NCBI RefSeq assembly: GCF_009914755.1
Contig: NC_060929.1
Strand: one strand, 5' to 3'
DNA length: 64,000 nt
Origin: the human T2T-CHM13v2.0 reference genome, Homo sapiens
Positions 45,771 through 60,319 of the stretch are shown one piece after another (the first letter of the stretch is position 1; each line of letters begins with the position of its first letter). The notes below the pieces were generated by a model. That model was not told the DNA's origin. It did not search any database and saw nothing but the letters and a program-made list of their open reading frames with translations. The position numbers were made by a program, and so were the translations under genes.

Positions 45771-48700
45771 TAGCCTTGTTTTGTTGTAAATTATCATCTT
45801 CAAATAGGGTGATGCTTTAGGGAAATCCATTTATCATTAACTGTATTTTCACCAAGTTACTTAATTTTGCTAGACAGTTCCTCTAAATGTCCAGTTTAGG
45901 CTCCTGTAGTGATTGAACTTAACAAAGCTTTTTCAGACACCTAGAATATATCTAATGCTATGTGCTAAGCAAAGATACAAAAGTAAGCCCTATACAATAC
46001 CGTAAAAGTATGCTCCAGTCTTGAACCTTCTAAAAATTAATCAGGACTAGAAGCAGCTAGTGTGCATGGCTCTCATGAAGAGGAATGGAAGGGGTGAGTA
46101 AATATAGCACCTTCAACTGAAACATCCAGCTACTCACATTGAGCCTAATAAAGGAAACAACCCATGGAGAATGGAGAAAAGCAAGGTAGGATGATGACCC
46201 ACCTGGGAATGACATGTCGCCAAGGGAACTTCCCCCACCCAGGGAAGTGGTGAGTGAATGTTTAACCCCAGGAACCCATGCCTCTCCCTCGGATCTTTGC
46301 AACCCTCAGGTCAGGAGGCCTCCTCATGAACCCACTCCACCGGTCTGACAAACAAAATTACTTAGAGTCTCGTCAGAGCAGCTGGTCAGGTGTGCACAGA
46401 AACCCAGGAGCCTTAGATACTCAAGCTCTCTGGGTTTCTCAGCAAAAGTAGCTGCAACTCTGGCAAAGTGGGAGGTTAGACCATTATACATACCCCTAGG
46501 AAAGAGGCTGAATCTAGGGGGCTGAGCAGTGATAATCTGTAGGCCTCACTTCCACAACACCTCACAGAATAAGACCCACTAGCTTGGAATTTCAGCCAGC
46601 CACTGGTAGCAATGTTGCACCCCACTGGATGGAGCTCCTGGAGTGAGGGGCAGGCCACCATCTTTGCTGTTTGGGCAACTTAGCCTTTCCAGTCTTCGGG
46701 TTTGGAGAATCTGAGCTTACTTGGGTGGAGGCAGTCCCTGAGCACAGCACAGCTGCTCTGGGAAGATGTAGCCAGACAGCTTTGTAAAGTGAGTCACCAA
46801 TCCCATTCCACCTCACTGGGCAGGACCTCCCAAATGGGGTCTTCAGCCACCCATGCCAGTGCACTCCAACCATAGAGACTGAAAACTTCCCTGGTACAGA
46901 GCTCCCGGGGGAGGGGCTGGCTGCCATCTTTGCTGTTTGAGTGATTTAACTATCCTGGGCATTGGGGTTTGGAGTCTTTGAGGTAACCAGGTGCTGAAGC
47001 GGACCCCCAGCACAGCACAGTTGCTCTACAAAAATGTGGCCGGACTGCTTTTTAAATTGGGTCCCCAATCCCATTCCTCCTCATTGAGCAGGACCTCCAA
47101 ACTGTGATTTCCAGCCATGTCCTACAGTTGCATTGGGGCTGGCAGTAGGTCCATACCTCCCTGGGGTGGAGCTCCCAGAGGGAGGGCCAGGCTGCTGTCT
47201 TTGCTTTTTTGCCACCTTCACTGGTTGATACCTCCAGGTACTAGAAAATTTGAGGTGACTAGGGAATGGAGCAAGCCCCCAGCATACTGCAGCAGCCCTT
47301 TGGGAAGGTGGCCAGACTGTTACATGGGTGCCTGTTCCCATAACTCCTCACTGGACAGGTCCTTCAGGCCTGGGCCTCCAGCCACTTGCCGCTGGAGCTA
47401 TTAAGTCAGTAGCAACTTGGCAACTGCCTGGGTGGAGTCTCTGGGGAAAATTGAAAGCTTCTTTGCCACTGCTTCTTCAGTGGAACTGGTCTTGCTACCC
47501 TCAGAATAATGAAGGAACAAAGACTCTAATTGCTTTATCCACACCTCCAACAAGCTGCAATCGACCCAAGGAGAGGAGGACAGTCCATCTCCCATGGGTC
47601 CCACCCCCTCACCCCCACTGTTTGTCAACAGACAAGAAATCCCTGGCTTGGGCCCACAGCACAGACCCTTCATCCTGGGCTAATTGCACTGAGCGATTGC
47701 TGACCTGAATTTCTCTTGGGTGGAGCACTGAGGAGATAAGCAAAAGACCCTTGGCCGCAGTGACTACTAAGGTCCCTTCCTTTGCTGCCTCCAAGTTGGG
47801 GAAGGAGCATAAATACTGAGATTGCTACAGAGCTACAGTGGGCAGCCCAGGAGTGCCAAGCTGTGATCTACAGCCAGCACTCAACGGGGAGAGGAACCCA
47901 CACTTTCAGGGCATTGAGAGGGAACACAGCTGCAAGCGTAAGGAAACACAGGGGAGCCACACAACTGAGCCATTTTACCCACTGCCCAATAAGCCTAAGT
48001 GCCACCTACTGGATCACAGCCCAAAGCTTCAACACCAAAAATACCTCTCTAACATACCCGTCTCTGAAACCAGAGACAATAAGTCAGCTTCAAATAAAGT
48101 TCCTGCACAAAGCCTCAGCCCAGTGAAAACATCCAGAAAATAAGTTTATTGACTGTACTCAATCTACACTGCAGTTAAAGGAATACCCACATACAGAGAT
48201 GAGAAGGAAGCAATGAAAGAACTCCAGTAACCCAAATGGCCAGTGTCATATGTCCTCCAAATGACTGCACCAATTCTCCAACAAGAGTTCTTAACTCTCG
48301 CTAGGCTGAACTGGCTAGAATGACAGAAATACAATTCAGAATATGGATGAGAATGAAGATCATCAAGATTCAGCAGGATAGCAAAACCCAAGCCAAGTGA
48401 AAAGAATCGCAATAGAGTGATACACTGAGTATAAAATTGCTGGCATAAAAAAGAACTTAATGGGTCTGATAGAGCTAAATAACAAAATACAAGAATTTCA
48501 CAGTGCAATCACAAGTATTAATACCAAAATGAATCAAGCTAAGGAAATAATCTTAGAACTTGAACTTGAAGACTGGTTCTATGAAATAAGACAGACAAAA
48601 ATAAAGAAAAATAATTGTAAAAAGGAATGAATGAAACCTTTGAGAATTATGCGATTATATAAAGAAGCCAATCATTGGCATCCCTGAAAGGGAGGAAGAG

Positions 48701-49116
48701 AAAGCAAACAACTTGGAAAATGTATTTCAGGATATCATCCACAAATATCTCCCCTAACCTTGCTAGAGAGGCCAACAGCCAAATTCAGAAAATACAGAGA
48801 ATGCCTGCAAGATTCCACAGAAGAAGAGCATCACCAAGACACATAATCATCAGATTTTCCAAGGTCAAAGTGAAAGAAAGAATGTTAGAGGCAGCTGGAG
48901 AGAAAGGGCACATCACCTACAAAGGGAACAACATCAGGTTAACAGCTGAGCTCTCAGCTGAAACCATACAGGCCAGTAGAGACTGGGGGCCTATATTCAA
49001 CATTGTTAAAGAAAAAAATCTTCAACAAAGTATTTCATATCCAGCCAAACTAAGCTTCCTAAGCAAAGGGGAAATAAGATCCTTTTCATATAAGCAAATG
49101 TTGAGGTAGTTTGTTA

Positions 49117-49527
<411 letters not shown>

Positions 49528-49538
49528 CTAACAACACA

Positions 49539-52500
49539 ATGACAGGATCAAATCCACACATATCAATATTAACCTTTAATGTAAATGGGCTAAATGCCCC
49601 ACTAAAAATGAAGAGTGGCAAGCTGGATAAAAAAGCAAGATCCGATGGTATACTGTCTTCAACAGACCCATCTCACATGTAATGACATCAATAGGATCAA
49701 AATAAAGGGATGGAGGAAAGTCTACAAAGCAAATGGAAAGCAGAAACAAGTAGGGGTTGCTATCCCAATTTCAGACAAAACAGACCTCAAACCAACAAAG
49801 ATGAAAAAAAAAGAAGGGCATTACATAATGATAAAGGGTTCAATTCAGCAAGAAGACCTAACTTCTAAATATATATGTACCCAACATGGGAGTAGCCAGA
49901 TTTATAAAGCAAGTTCTTAGGGTCCTACGAAGAGAACTCCACACAATAATACAAGGAGACTTTAACACTCCACTGACAGTTAAGACAGATCATCGAGGCA
50001 GAAAATTAACAAAGATATTCAGGACCTAAACTCAACATTGGACCAAATGGATCTAATAGACCTCTACAGAACTCCTCACCCCCAAACAATAGAGTATATA
50101 TTATTCTCATCACCACATGACACATACTATGAAACTGACCACATAATTGGACATAAAACAAACCTCAGCAAATGCAAAAGAACCAAAATCATACTAAACA
50201 CACTCTTGGACCAAAGTGCAATAAAAATAGAAGTCAAGACTAAGAAAATCACTCAAAACCATGCAATCACATGGACATTAAACAACATGCTCCTGAATTA
50301 CTTTTGGGTAAATAATTAAGTTAAGGCAGAAATCAAGAAGTTATTTGAAACTAATGAGAACAAACATAGTTGTTAAAAGTTAAGGCAGTGTTAATAAGTG
50401 AATTCATAGCACTAAATGTTCACATCAACAAGTTAGAAAGATGTCATCTAACAACTTAACATGACAATGGAAAAAATTAGAGAAGCAAAAACAAATCAAC
50501 CCCAAAGCTAGCAGAAGACAAGAAATAACCAAAATCATACATGAAGAGAAGGAAATCAAGACATGAGAAACCATTCAAAAGACCAATGAATCTGAGTTGT
50601 TGTTGTTGTTGTTGTTTTGAAAAAAAACTAATAAGATAGATAGGCCATAGCTAGACTAATAAAGAAGACATGATCCAAATAAACAAAATTAGAAATGACA
50701 ATGCAAATGTAACTACCAACCCCACAGAAATAAAAATAATCACCAGAAACAACTACAAACACCTCTATGCACACAAAGTAGAAATCCTAGAAGAGATGGA
50801 TACATTCCTGGACACATACATGCTCCCAAGACTGAGCAAGGAAGAAATTGGTACCCCAAACAGACTAATAATGAACTCCAAAATTGAATCAGTAATACAT
50901 AGCTTACCAACCAAAAAAGCCCAGGACCTGATGGATTCACAGCCAAATTCTACCAGATATACAAAGAAGAGCTGGTACCATCCCTACAGAAACTATTCCA
51001 AAACACTGAGGAAGAGGGACTCCTCCCCAATTCATTGTATGAGACCAGCATCATCCTGATACCATAACCTATCAGACAAAACAAAAAAAGGAAACTTCAT
51101 GCCAATATCCTTCATAAACCTCAATGCAAAAATCCTCAACAAAATACTGGCAAACCGAATCCAGCAGCACAAGAAAAAGCTAATCCACCACAGTCAAGTA
51201 GGCTTCATCCGTGGGATGTAAGGTTGGTTCAACATAACCAAATCAATAAATTTAATTCATCACATAAACAGAACTAACAATAAAATCCACACGATTTTCT
51301 CAATAGATGCAGAAAAGGCTTTTGATAAAATTTTACACCACTTCATGTTAAAAACTCTCAATAAACAAGGTATTGAAGTAACATACTGTGAAATAATGAG
51401 TCATCTATGACAAACCTGTAGCCAACATTATATAAAATGGGCAAAAGCTGGAAGCGTTCCCCTGTAAACTGGCACAAGACAAGGATGTGGTCTCTCACCA
51501 TTCCTATTCAATGCAGCATTGGAAGTCCTAACCAGAGCAATCAGGCAAGAGAGAGAAATACAGGCATCCAAATAGGAAGAGAGGGAGTCAAGCCATCTCT
51601 GTTTGCAGATGATATTATTCTATATATAGAAAACCCCATAGTTGCAGCCCAAAAGGTCCTTCAGCTGATAAACAACTTCAGCAAAGTTTCAGAATACAAA
51701 ATCAATGTACAAAAATCACTATAATTCCTATACACCAACAACGCCCAAACTGAGAGCCAAATCAGAAAGGCAATTTCATTTCCAATTGCCATAAAAAGAA
51801 CAAAATACCTAGGAATACAGCTAACAAGGGAGGTGGAAGAACTCTACAGTGAGAATTACAAAACACTGCTCAAATAAATCAGAGAAGACACAAACACATT
51901 GAAAAACATTCCATGCTCATGGATAGAAAGAATCAATATCATTAAAATCACCATACTGCCAAAAGAAATTTACAGATTCAATGCTATTCCTGTCAAACTA
52001 CCAATGACTTTCTTCACAGAACTAGAAAAAACTATTTAAAAATTAATATGGAACCCAAAAAGAGACTGAATAGCAGAGGAAAGACTAAGCAAAAATAACG
52101 AAGTTGGAGGTATCACATTACCTGACTTCAAACTATACCACAGGGCTACAGTAACCAAAAAACATGGTACTGGTACAAAAACAGACACATAGACCAATGG
52201 AACAGAACAGAGAGCCCAGAAATAAGGCCACATACCTACACCCACTTGATCGTCAAAAAAGCTGACAAAAACAAGCAATGGAAAAAAGTCTCCAGATTCA
52301 ATAAACAGTGCTAGGATAACTGGCTAACCATATCAGAAGAATAAAGCTGGAACCCTTCCTTACACCGTGCATAAAAATCAACTCAAGATGGATTAAAGGC
52401 TTAAATGTAAAACCCAAAACTATAAAAACCCCGGAAGACAATCTAATCAACCATCCTGGACATAGGAACAGGCAAAAATTTTATGACAAACACATGAAAA

Positions 52501-53290
52501 GCAATAGCAACAAAAGCAAAAATTGACAGTTGGGATCCAATTAAACTTAAGAGCTTCTGCGCTGCCAAAGAAACTACCAACAGAGTAAACAGATAACCCA
52601 CGGAATAAGAGAAAATACTTGCAAACTATACATTAGATAAAGGTCTAATATCCAGCATCTATAAGGAACTTAAACACATTTACAAGAAGAAAACAAATAA
52701 CCTCATTAAAAAGTGGCCAACAGACATGAACAGATACTTTTCAAAAGAAGACATACATGGAGCCAAAAAGCATATGAAAAAAAGGTCATTATCACTGATC
52801 ATTAGAAAAATGCAAATCAAAAACACAAGTGTGTTTGAGTCCCTGCTCTCAGTTCTTTTGGGTATATACACTTAAAGGGTATTGTTGGGTCATATAATTC
52901 TATCCTTAATATTTTAAGCAACTGCCAATACATCTCACCCCAGTGAGAATTGCTATTATTAAAAAGTCAAAAAATAACAGATGCTGGTGAGGTTGTGGAG
53001 TAAGGGGAAAACTTATACACTGTTGGTGGTGGTGTAAATTAGTTCAACCATTGTGGAAAGCAGTATGGCTATTCCTCAAACAGCTAAAAGCAGAACTACC
53101 ATTCGATCCAGCAATACCATTACTTGGTATATATCCAGAGGAATTGAAATCATTCTGCCATAAAGATATATGCATGTGAATGTTTGTTGCAACACTATTT
53201 ACAATAACAAAGACATGAAATCAACCTAAATACCCATCAATGACAGATTGGATAAAGAAAATGTGGTGCAGATACACCATGGTATACTAT
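49539..53290 (+). pseudogene. Disrupted L1 ORF2 (endonuclease/reverse transcriptase)
   Basis: ORF2 homology is broken into short ORFs (49615, 50038, 50670, 51437) by stops and frameshifts; end coordinate approximate. Confidence 0.9.
52829..52928 (-). mobile_element. About 100-bp older L1M-type fragment inserted antisense in the L1PA element
   Basis: rc 'ttggcagttgcttaaaatattaaggatagaattatatgacccaacaatac...tatacccaaaagaactgagagcagggactcaaacac'. Confidence 0.75.
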
Positions 53291-54832
53291 GCAGCCATTA
53301 AAAAGTAACACTATCATGTATTTTGCTGGTATATGGATGGAGCTGAAGGCTATTATCCTTAGCAAAATAACACAAGAACAGAAAACCAAATACCTCATGT
53401 TCTCACTTATAAGTCAGAGCTAAATGATAAGAACTTAGTAACACAAAGAAGGAAACAACAGATCATTTAGGCTACTTTAGGGTGTAGGCTGGGAGAAGAG
53501 AAAGGAGAAGAAAAGGTAATGGGGTACCGGGCTTAAATCCTAGGGCATGAAATAATCTGTACAACAACCCCCCTGACATGAGTTTACCTATGTAGCAAAC
53601 CTTCACAGGTATCCCAAACCTAAATTAAAAGTTAAAAAATGAATCATCTTTTAGTAACCCAAATATCAGCAGTAATAAAATTAGTATCATACTGAAGAAT
53701 ATCTGCCATTAAAATACTATTACACTAAAAGTCAAGGCCTTTTCCATTCCTTTGAATATTACTGTTACTGCATAACTTGGTTCTAAGTGATGTGGCTTAA
53801 CTTAGAATAGTGCAGGGAAAAGCCCTCAACTATTTTAATCCTCTAGGGTAGCAATTAATTCACAGTAAGAAGTCTTAATATAAAGGAATTAGTAAGATAT
53901 TGTGTCAGCTTTTTTTGTTATAAAATACTGCTTTTAAAATCCAGCTTCATGTGTGAGACCCAGTTCAGTTTAATTATTGTAACTTAGTGACATATTGTTA
54001 ATGAGAGTGTCATTAAATATGTTAGCTATTAGAATAAGTGGGCTATAAGTGTTTTTTTTCTGTGATTTTAATAAAATCATGGCATAAAGTATTTATGCTT
54101 CCTAACTATTGAATTTTTAAAATTCTACTGATAACTTCCTTTTCCCAGTCTGTGGATGTAAATGAAATGAAATGACTATAAGTTAAGGCTGCTAACATAA
54201 TATTAAGGCTGCTGCAAATGTAAAATATTTTTTCTATTTATTGAATGATGACCATGTTCAAGTTCTTTGCATATATTACCTTTAATCTTATTAATCATGC
54301 AAAGTTAATAATATCCTCTTACTACTGTAGAAGAAATGGAGATTTAGGTGTTACTTATTCTTTCTAACCATTTAGGAAGAAGCTGAGGCACAATAGGAAC
54401 CTAGTTCTGTTTAACAGGTTTTATTTAAATTTCATAATGTTTCCACAATCCCATGAAACTTCAATAATGATGTGGCACTTTGGGAACAGATGCTAGAACT
54501 TTCCACAGGTTCTATGGCATCATAAAAATGAGATGAGCAATTGAGTTATAAAATATTACCTGTAACTTGCTGATCAGTTACTGGCTTGTTCAGACCTTAA
54601 TGCAATTCCTTGACTGGCACCTAAATATAAATAAGATATGCTAAATCGCAGTGTGTGTTTAGAAGAAATCAGATGGAAGGAGGTATTGAGGCAAAAGCAT
54701 ATAAGAATTCAAAATATAAGACATTGAATTAGAGCCTTCAGTAGCAAGCAGAGGTCAGTTTTCCAGGAAAGAGAAACTTCCTCTATCCTTGGGATCTCTG
54801 TCCACTTATTCCTCAGAACAGTGCACATAAGG

Positions 54833-55207
54833 TGATATGGTTTGGCTCTTTGTCCCCACCCAAATCTCATCTCAAATTGTAATTCCCACGAGTCCAGAGA
54901 GGGAACTGTAATCCTGACGTGTCAAGGGAGGAAAGTGATTGGATTATGGAGGCAGTTTCCCCTATGCTGCTCTTGTGACAGTGAGTGGGTTCTCACGAGA
55001 TCTGATGGTTTTATAAGTGGTGGTTTCCTCACTCTCTCCTCTCACCTGCCGCCATGTAAGACATACTGGGTTCCCCTTCCGCCATGATTATAAGTTTCCT
55101 GAGGCCTCACCAGCCATGCGGAACTGTGAGTCAATTAAATCTATTTTCTTTATAAATTACCCAGTATTGGGCTGTTCTTTATAGTGGAATGAAAACGGAC
55201 TAATACA
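54833..55207 (+). mobile_element. THE1D-like MaLR solo LTR
   Basis: 'tgatatggtttggctctttgtccccacccaaatctcatc...gagtcaattaaatc...aaacggactaataca'; near 5-bp TSD taagg/tcagg. Confidence 0.93.
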
Positions 55208-56544
55208 TCAGGGCACATGGTTGACAGTCTATCACTTTTGATCTAATGCCTAACTTCTGTCAGCCTTCTCTCTCCACAAGCTTCCAGAGCCCACAGAGGT
55301 AGGCTTTCCTTTTACTTACTGTCTCTGTCTACCCAGGATTTCCCTGACTCAAAACCCTGTTTATTCTGGTTTTAATGTATTAAATGAGGGAGAGGAAATA
55401 GAAAATATCTTCTCTTTAAAAGTTGCCTCATTTTCAAGCCAGACAGTCTTCAGCAAAGTGCTCCATTTAACATCGAAAATCTTTATTTATCTTTGAATTT
55501 CTTCTGTAATATCCCAAACCCACTTCCATTCCCCAGGTCCCCACAAAGCCATATAGATGTGTATCTAATAGGACAGTTGTATGTATGGATGCACAAAATA
55601 GTAAATTATATAAATGTTATTTTTGAAAATATTAGTACAATTAAGATAGTCATCCACGATTTTATTTTCTATAAAAAGATTCTTAATACATGATCTCATT
55701 CTGGTGGCACCATGTTGCCTGCCTTTTTTCTTTCCTCCACACATATAATCCTCCCTATTCTTCAAGTCTTATATGTACCACAGGGATCACCATGAGCGAT
55801 CCAGCCAGCAGTGTCATGGTTTCATGGGCTCTATCTATGCCCCATAACTCTTCTGTTTCATTGTTGCATATGCGGGTGGTAATGCTTTTTTCTTATTTAC
55901 TTATTTCTCAGAAATTATAGAAGCTTTAAAAATGCAGATCTTTGAGAAATGGGAAAAGCAAATCGAATATTGCGACTGGCTTAAAGAGGAAGTAGTTTAT
56001 TAAAGATGGCTGAGTTGAAAAATCTTTTATTTTTGAGTTTGGATCCTTTTAAATACCTCCCTTGTTTGCCATTTGCCAATCTTAAGGCAGAGGATGAAGG
56101 CACCTTTTACCAAATTTTGCTTTAAAATCCTTAATGCTTTTGCATTTGCATTGGATTCAACACAATTTTAGGCCTTGAAACTCTGACATCAACGTATTGA
56201 GGACACGTGTTCATGGCTCCTCATAATTATTTTGAAGTTTCTGTGGAAGAACATTTGGTTTGCTTGATAGATATTTTATACATGTGTATTTGTTAGATGA
56301 GAGAATATGACAGGGGTGGGCCTGAAGCTCTGAACACATTAATGGTTAATGGGTTTAATTTCCCATTATCAATCATACTACTTCTTTATGAAAACTGATA
56401 AATAACCTACTTCCCTAGAGGATTCAGTTTGAAGGAGAAAATGATGTTTGTCCCTAGGATGGATTAATTGAGCTACTAAAATGCTACAAGCTTTACGGAA
56501 AATGCTAACTCTCCTTTAGCATGCAAGTTGCCTTCCTATTTTGA

Positions 56545-56762
56545 TTAAGCAGGCACACAAATGATGTCATGTGAGCACCCAGTGAGCTGGCAGCTGCCTA
56601 CAAGCTAGAGAGAGGGGCCTCAACAGAACTGACCATGCTGACACTCAGGTCTCAAACTTCAAGCCTCCAGAACTGTGGGAAAATAAATGTCTGTTGTTTC
56701 AACCACCCAGATTTAATATCAGTCTTGACATTTTATTATGGCAGCCTGAACAGGCTAACACA
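56545..56762 (+). mobile_element. MST/MLT1A-type MaLR LTR 3' fragment
   Basis: 'gcctccagaactgtgggaaaataaatgtctgttgtt...ttattatggcagcctgaacaggctaacaca'. Confidence 0.8.
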
Positions 56763-57844
56763 GTGAGCAATATAGTTTTTGTTTTTATTCTCTTAAGAAA
56801 AATATAATGGAATATGGTTAAGTCAATACAAAATACATATATTCTTAATATATAGTCACTAGATATGTGTTGAATAAATGAAAAATATTGTGAGGTCATC
56901 TGGGCAAAGTCCAAACATTTCAATATTAGTGGACATTTTATTTCTGTGACATATTATTACTTACAATTTATTCAGCTTAAAAAATGTTCACCGTGGATAA
57001 ACCTGTAATGAGAGCTTTCAAAATATTTCTATAGTCTTCTCCTCCAGAATGTAGAAATAAAGTCTTTTTATATATGATTTTTGTTATAAAATCTTTGAGG
57101 TCATTAAACCCAAGCATGCTTTGAAAACCTCTTTTGCCTAGGGTCTTCTCTGTTCTGTAACAAAGCTTTCTGTACATAGGGCAGATGTTCCAAACTCTTT
57201 CCCTACCTGTCTTTAAGCAGTTTATTTTTGCTTTTTTCCCCTTGTATTTATTACAAAAGTAAACATAGGTCATCAGCATTAACTTCTAGGCAAAATAAAA
57301 ATATATTACATTCAATATATTATAGTTCAGTTACAGTTCATCATAGTATAGAATGTATCATTCTTATGGGGATGGTGAATTGGTTTCAGAAAAGATTTTT
57401 ACAGTGCATATGGGGGAACCTAAGAACAGATTTAGAGGCTCCTTTATTAAGTTTAAGTGGCATTATGAAATCTCAAACAACAACTGACTGCCTATATGTG
57501 CCATAATTTCAAATTTTAGCATTTGGCAGGGTTTGAAAAATAGAGAAATCTATTTAATTTCCATCAAGGAAGGACAAGAAAATAAAAATAGGAGTGGTAA
57601 TACCAGGGTGAGGAACTAAGGTCAAGACATTCTTAGTCAAGACATTCTCTGGGGAGAATGAGGCGGTGATGTCCTCTAGATGTCCAGCCATAAGGAGGAG
57701 ACAGGAGTGGGGTGTACACGAACATCTTACAACTAGATTGACCTTCTCACCTCTCCAAGGGGTCAAATTGGGAAGCCACCATTCAGTCATTCTTCCCTGT
57801 TCCAGAAAGACTGTTTGTCCATCAAATGATTCATTTTGCAGCAT

Positions 57845-58385
57845 CTATCTGTTCATTAATTCATTCATTTATTCAAAGACATTTATGGACTGCCTACTAT
57901 ATGCCTAGTACTGGTCTAGGCAATGGAGATACAACAATGACTGAAACAGAAGGCCTCTGTTTTCATCAAGCTTACTTTCTTGTGGTAAGCTACAGTGCAT
58001 AAACACATAAATGTATGTACAACACCGAAGGAAAACAAAGCAGGATAAGGGAATAGAGAGAGATTTAAAAAGGGAATTCTTAAGCTGGCTGGGGAGGAGA
58101 GATGTCAGATATGGTCTTTCTAAGCAGCGCAGAACAGACTAAAATGAGGGGTCAGACAGATGTCTAGGGAAAGAACTTTCCAGAAAGAGAATAGTAAATG
58201 CAAAAGCCCTGGATGGGAATTGTCTGCAGGACTAACAAAAGGGAAAGGAAACCAGCATAGCTGGAATGACACAGGCACAGGATAAAGTGTTAGGAAGTAA
58301 GATCTGAAAGGAGTGAAGGGGCAGTTTATGCAAATCTTTATTCTGTAAGCTTGGAAAACCACTGAAGGTTATGAGCAGAAAAGTT
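57845..58385 (-). mobile_element. L2 LINE fragment
   Basis: 'ttcattcatttattcaaagacatttatggactgcctactatatgcctag...ggagatacaacaatgactgaaacaga...aaatgcaaaagccctgg'. Confidence 0.85.
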
Positions 58386-58452
58386 ACATGGTTTTTTTCT
58401 TCGTCTTCTTGTTGTTGTTAACATGTTGCCCTAAATATAAAGTAATCTGGGA

Positions 58453-58770
58453 GGCTAGGCATGATGGCCCACGCCAGTAATCCCAGCAGGTTGGGAGGCC
58501 AAGGCAGGAGGATTGCTTGAGGCCAGGAGTTGGAGACCAGCCTGGGCAATATAGCGAGACCCTGTCTTTACAAACAAACAAACAAAACTTAGCTGGGCAT
58601 GGTGGTGCATGCTTGTAGTTCCCACCTACTTGGGAGGATCATGTGGGAGGATTAATTGAGCCCAGGAGTTTGAGGGCATAGTGAGCTGTGATTGCTCCAC
58701 AGCACTCCAGCCTGGGCGACAGAGTGAGACCCTATCTCATATAAATAAATATGTAAATACAGAAATAATT
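58453..58770 (+). mobile_element. AluJ SINE
   Basis: 'aggcaggaggattgcttgaggccaggagtt...cctgggcaatatagcgagaccctgtc'; near-TSD taatctgg on both flanks. Confidence 0.95.
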
Positions 58771-58959
58771 AAGATAATCTGGAATTATTTTTTAAATTCT
58801 CTATATTGATTAACTCATGTCATTCATGTTCTTTTCTTGATAGCCACACAATCATGTTCTTGTCTTGAGAGCCACACACATCTTTATCTTCATCTTTGTG
58901 GCATGTGCTCGTTTTTTTCATGTCCAAAGGAATAAATGTTAAGGTGACCTTTCTTCAAC

Positions 58960-59170
58960 TATTCTACATTATATGTCTGTAAGGACTTTGGGCAACTACT
59001 TACATTCTCTTTACACTAGTTTGCTTACTTGTAATTTGGAATTAATTTCAGTGTCTTGCTCACAGAGTCGTTCTAAGGATTGATTGAGATATTATATATA
59101 AAATATTTAGTGTATCATCAGGTATAGAGTAATTGTTTTATCAATATTTTCATGATAATGTTTATTAATA
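58960..59170 (+). mobile_element. MIR fragment
   Basis: 'ctttgggcaactactt...gtttgcttacttgtaatttgg...cacagagtcgttctaaggatt'. Confidence 0.65.
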
Positions 59171-59199
59171 TTATCTCACACTTACCTAATGGTGCTACA

Positions 59200-59860
59200 A
59201 TTCATCCACCATTATGACAAAAAGTGCTATAACACCATCTAAATGTTACCCTGGATTCTTCCTCTATTTCTTAACAGTCCAATTTCTACACATTAGACAC
59301 AGTAAGCTTTTCAAAATGAAAAAGTGCTTATATTATTTCCCTTATTGTAATGCTTCGATAGCTTCCCAATGAATAAAAGTAAAATCCAAACTCACTACAA
59401 TACCCTGACTGATTGATCTGGAGCCTGATGTTCTCATCTTTTATCACTCTCCTCTTCACACAATTGACTCTGAGTAACTTGCTCTTCATCTTGGAACCTG
59501 CCAAATTCATTCCCCTTCAGGGCTCTTACACTTGCTTGACCTGCCCCAGATCTTTGCAATAGTGGTCCTTAATTATTCAGAACTCAAGTCAATTTTGTGT
59601 CCACAAAGATCTCATTCTTAACAGAGGTATCTAAAACAGTTACTATCCCACTTCCCAGGAACTCTCTATTGCAATATTCTTTTAAATTTCTTCCAAAAAC
59701 TTATTTCTTTAAACATATTATCTGTTTGTATTTGTCCATTGCAAAATAAGTTCTATGAAGATCAGAACTTCCTTTGTCTTGCTCAATATGCCATCTCCTG
59801 AACCAAGGATAGCACTGAAACATGATAGGAACAAAATTAATGTTTGTTGAATGCATGAAT
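59200..59860 (+). mobile_element. L2 LINE 3' fragment
   Basis: 'gaataaaagtaaaatccaaactc...aagttctatgaagatcagaact...atgtttgttgaatgcatgaat'. Confidence 0.8.
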
Positions 59861-60319
59861 ATACTCATATGACACATCAAGGTTAACAGAGACCTACAAA
59901 AGCTGTAGTAAAATTCATCACCTTCACAAGCATCTCAGAGGTATCTCAATCCATCCCAAACTTTCCCACCCACTCAATAATTCTTCAGTGGATTTCTTCA
60001 AAGAAGATTCTCAATATGGACAATTCAGAGTACCAAACTGTATTTCTTAAAATAGTTTCCAACTAAATGAATAGATAAATTGGCATCACCTGTATATTTC
60101 AGTCTAACAGCCCATGCATTAATTTGATAAACATCTACTAAGACCTGAATCCCTTTATTACTATTTATTCAGGGTCTTGAAAAGATTCACATGCACATTG
60201 TTCATGTCTTTCAATAGCAAACTGCATCTGGAAAGAAAGTGAAAAATCCAATCAATCATCTGGAATACTTCAGTGTTTTCATTTTTTTTTTTTGTAATCC
60301 ACATGAAGAAATTTGTTTT

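Noticed and set aside
57621-57648. gtcaagacattct repeated twice
   Set aside because: Trivial short tandem duplication with no further structure
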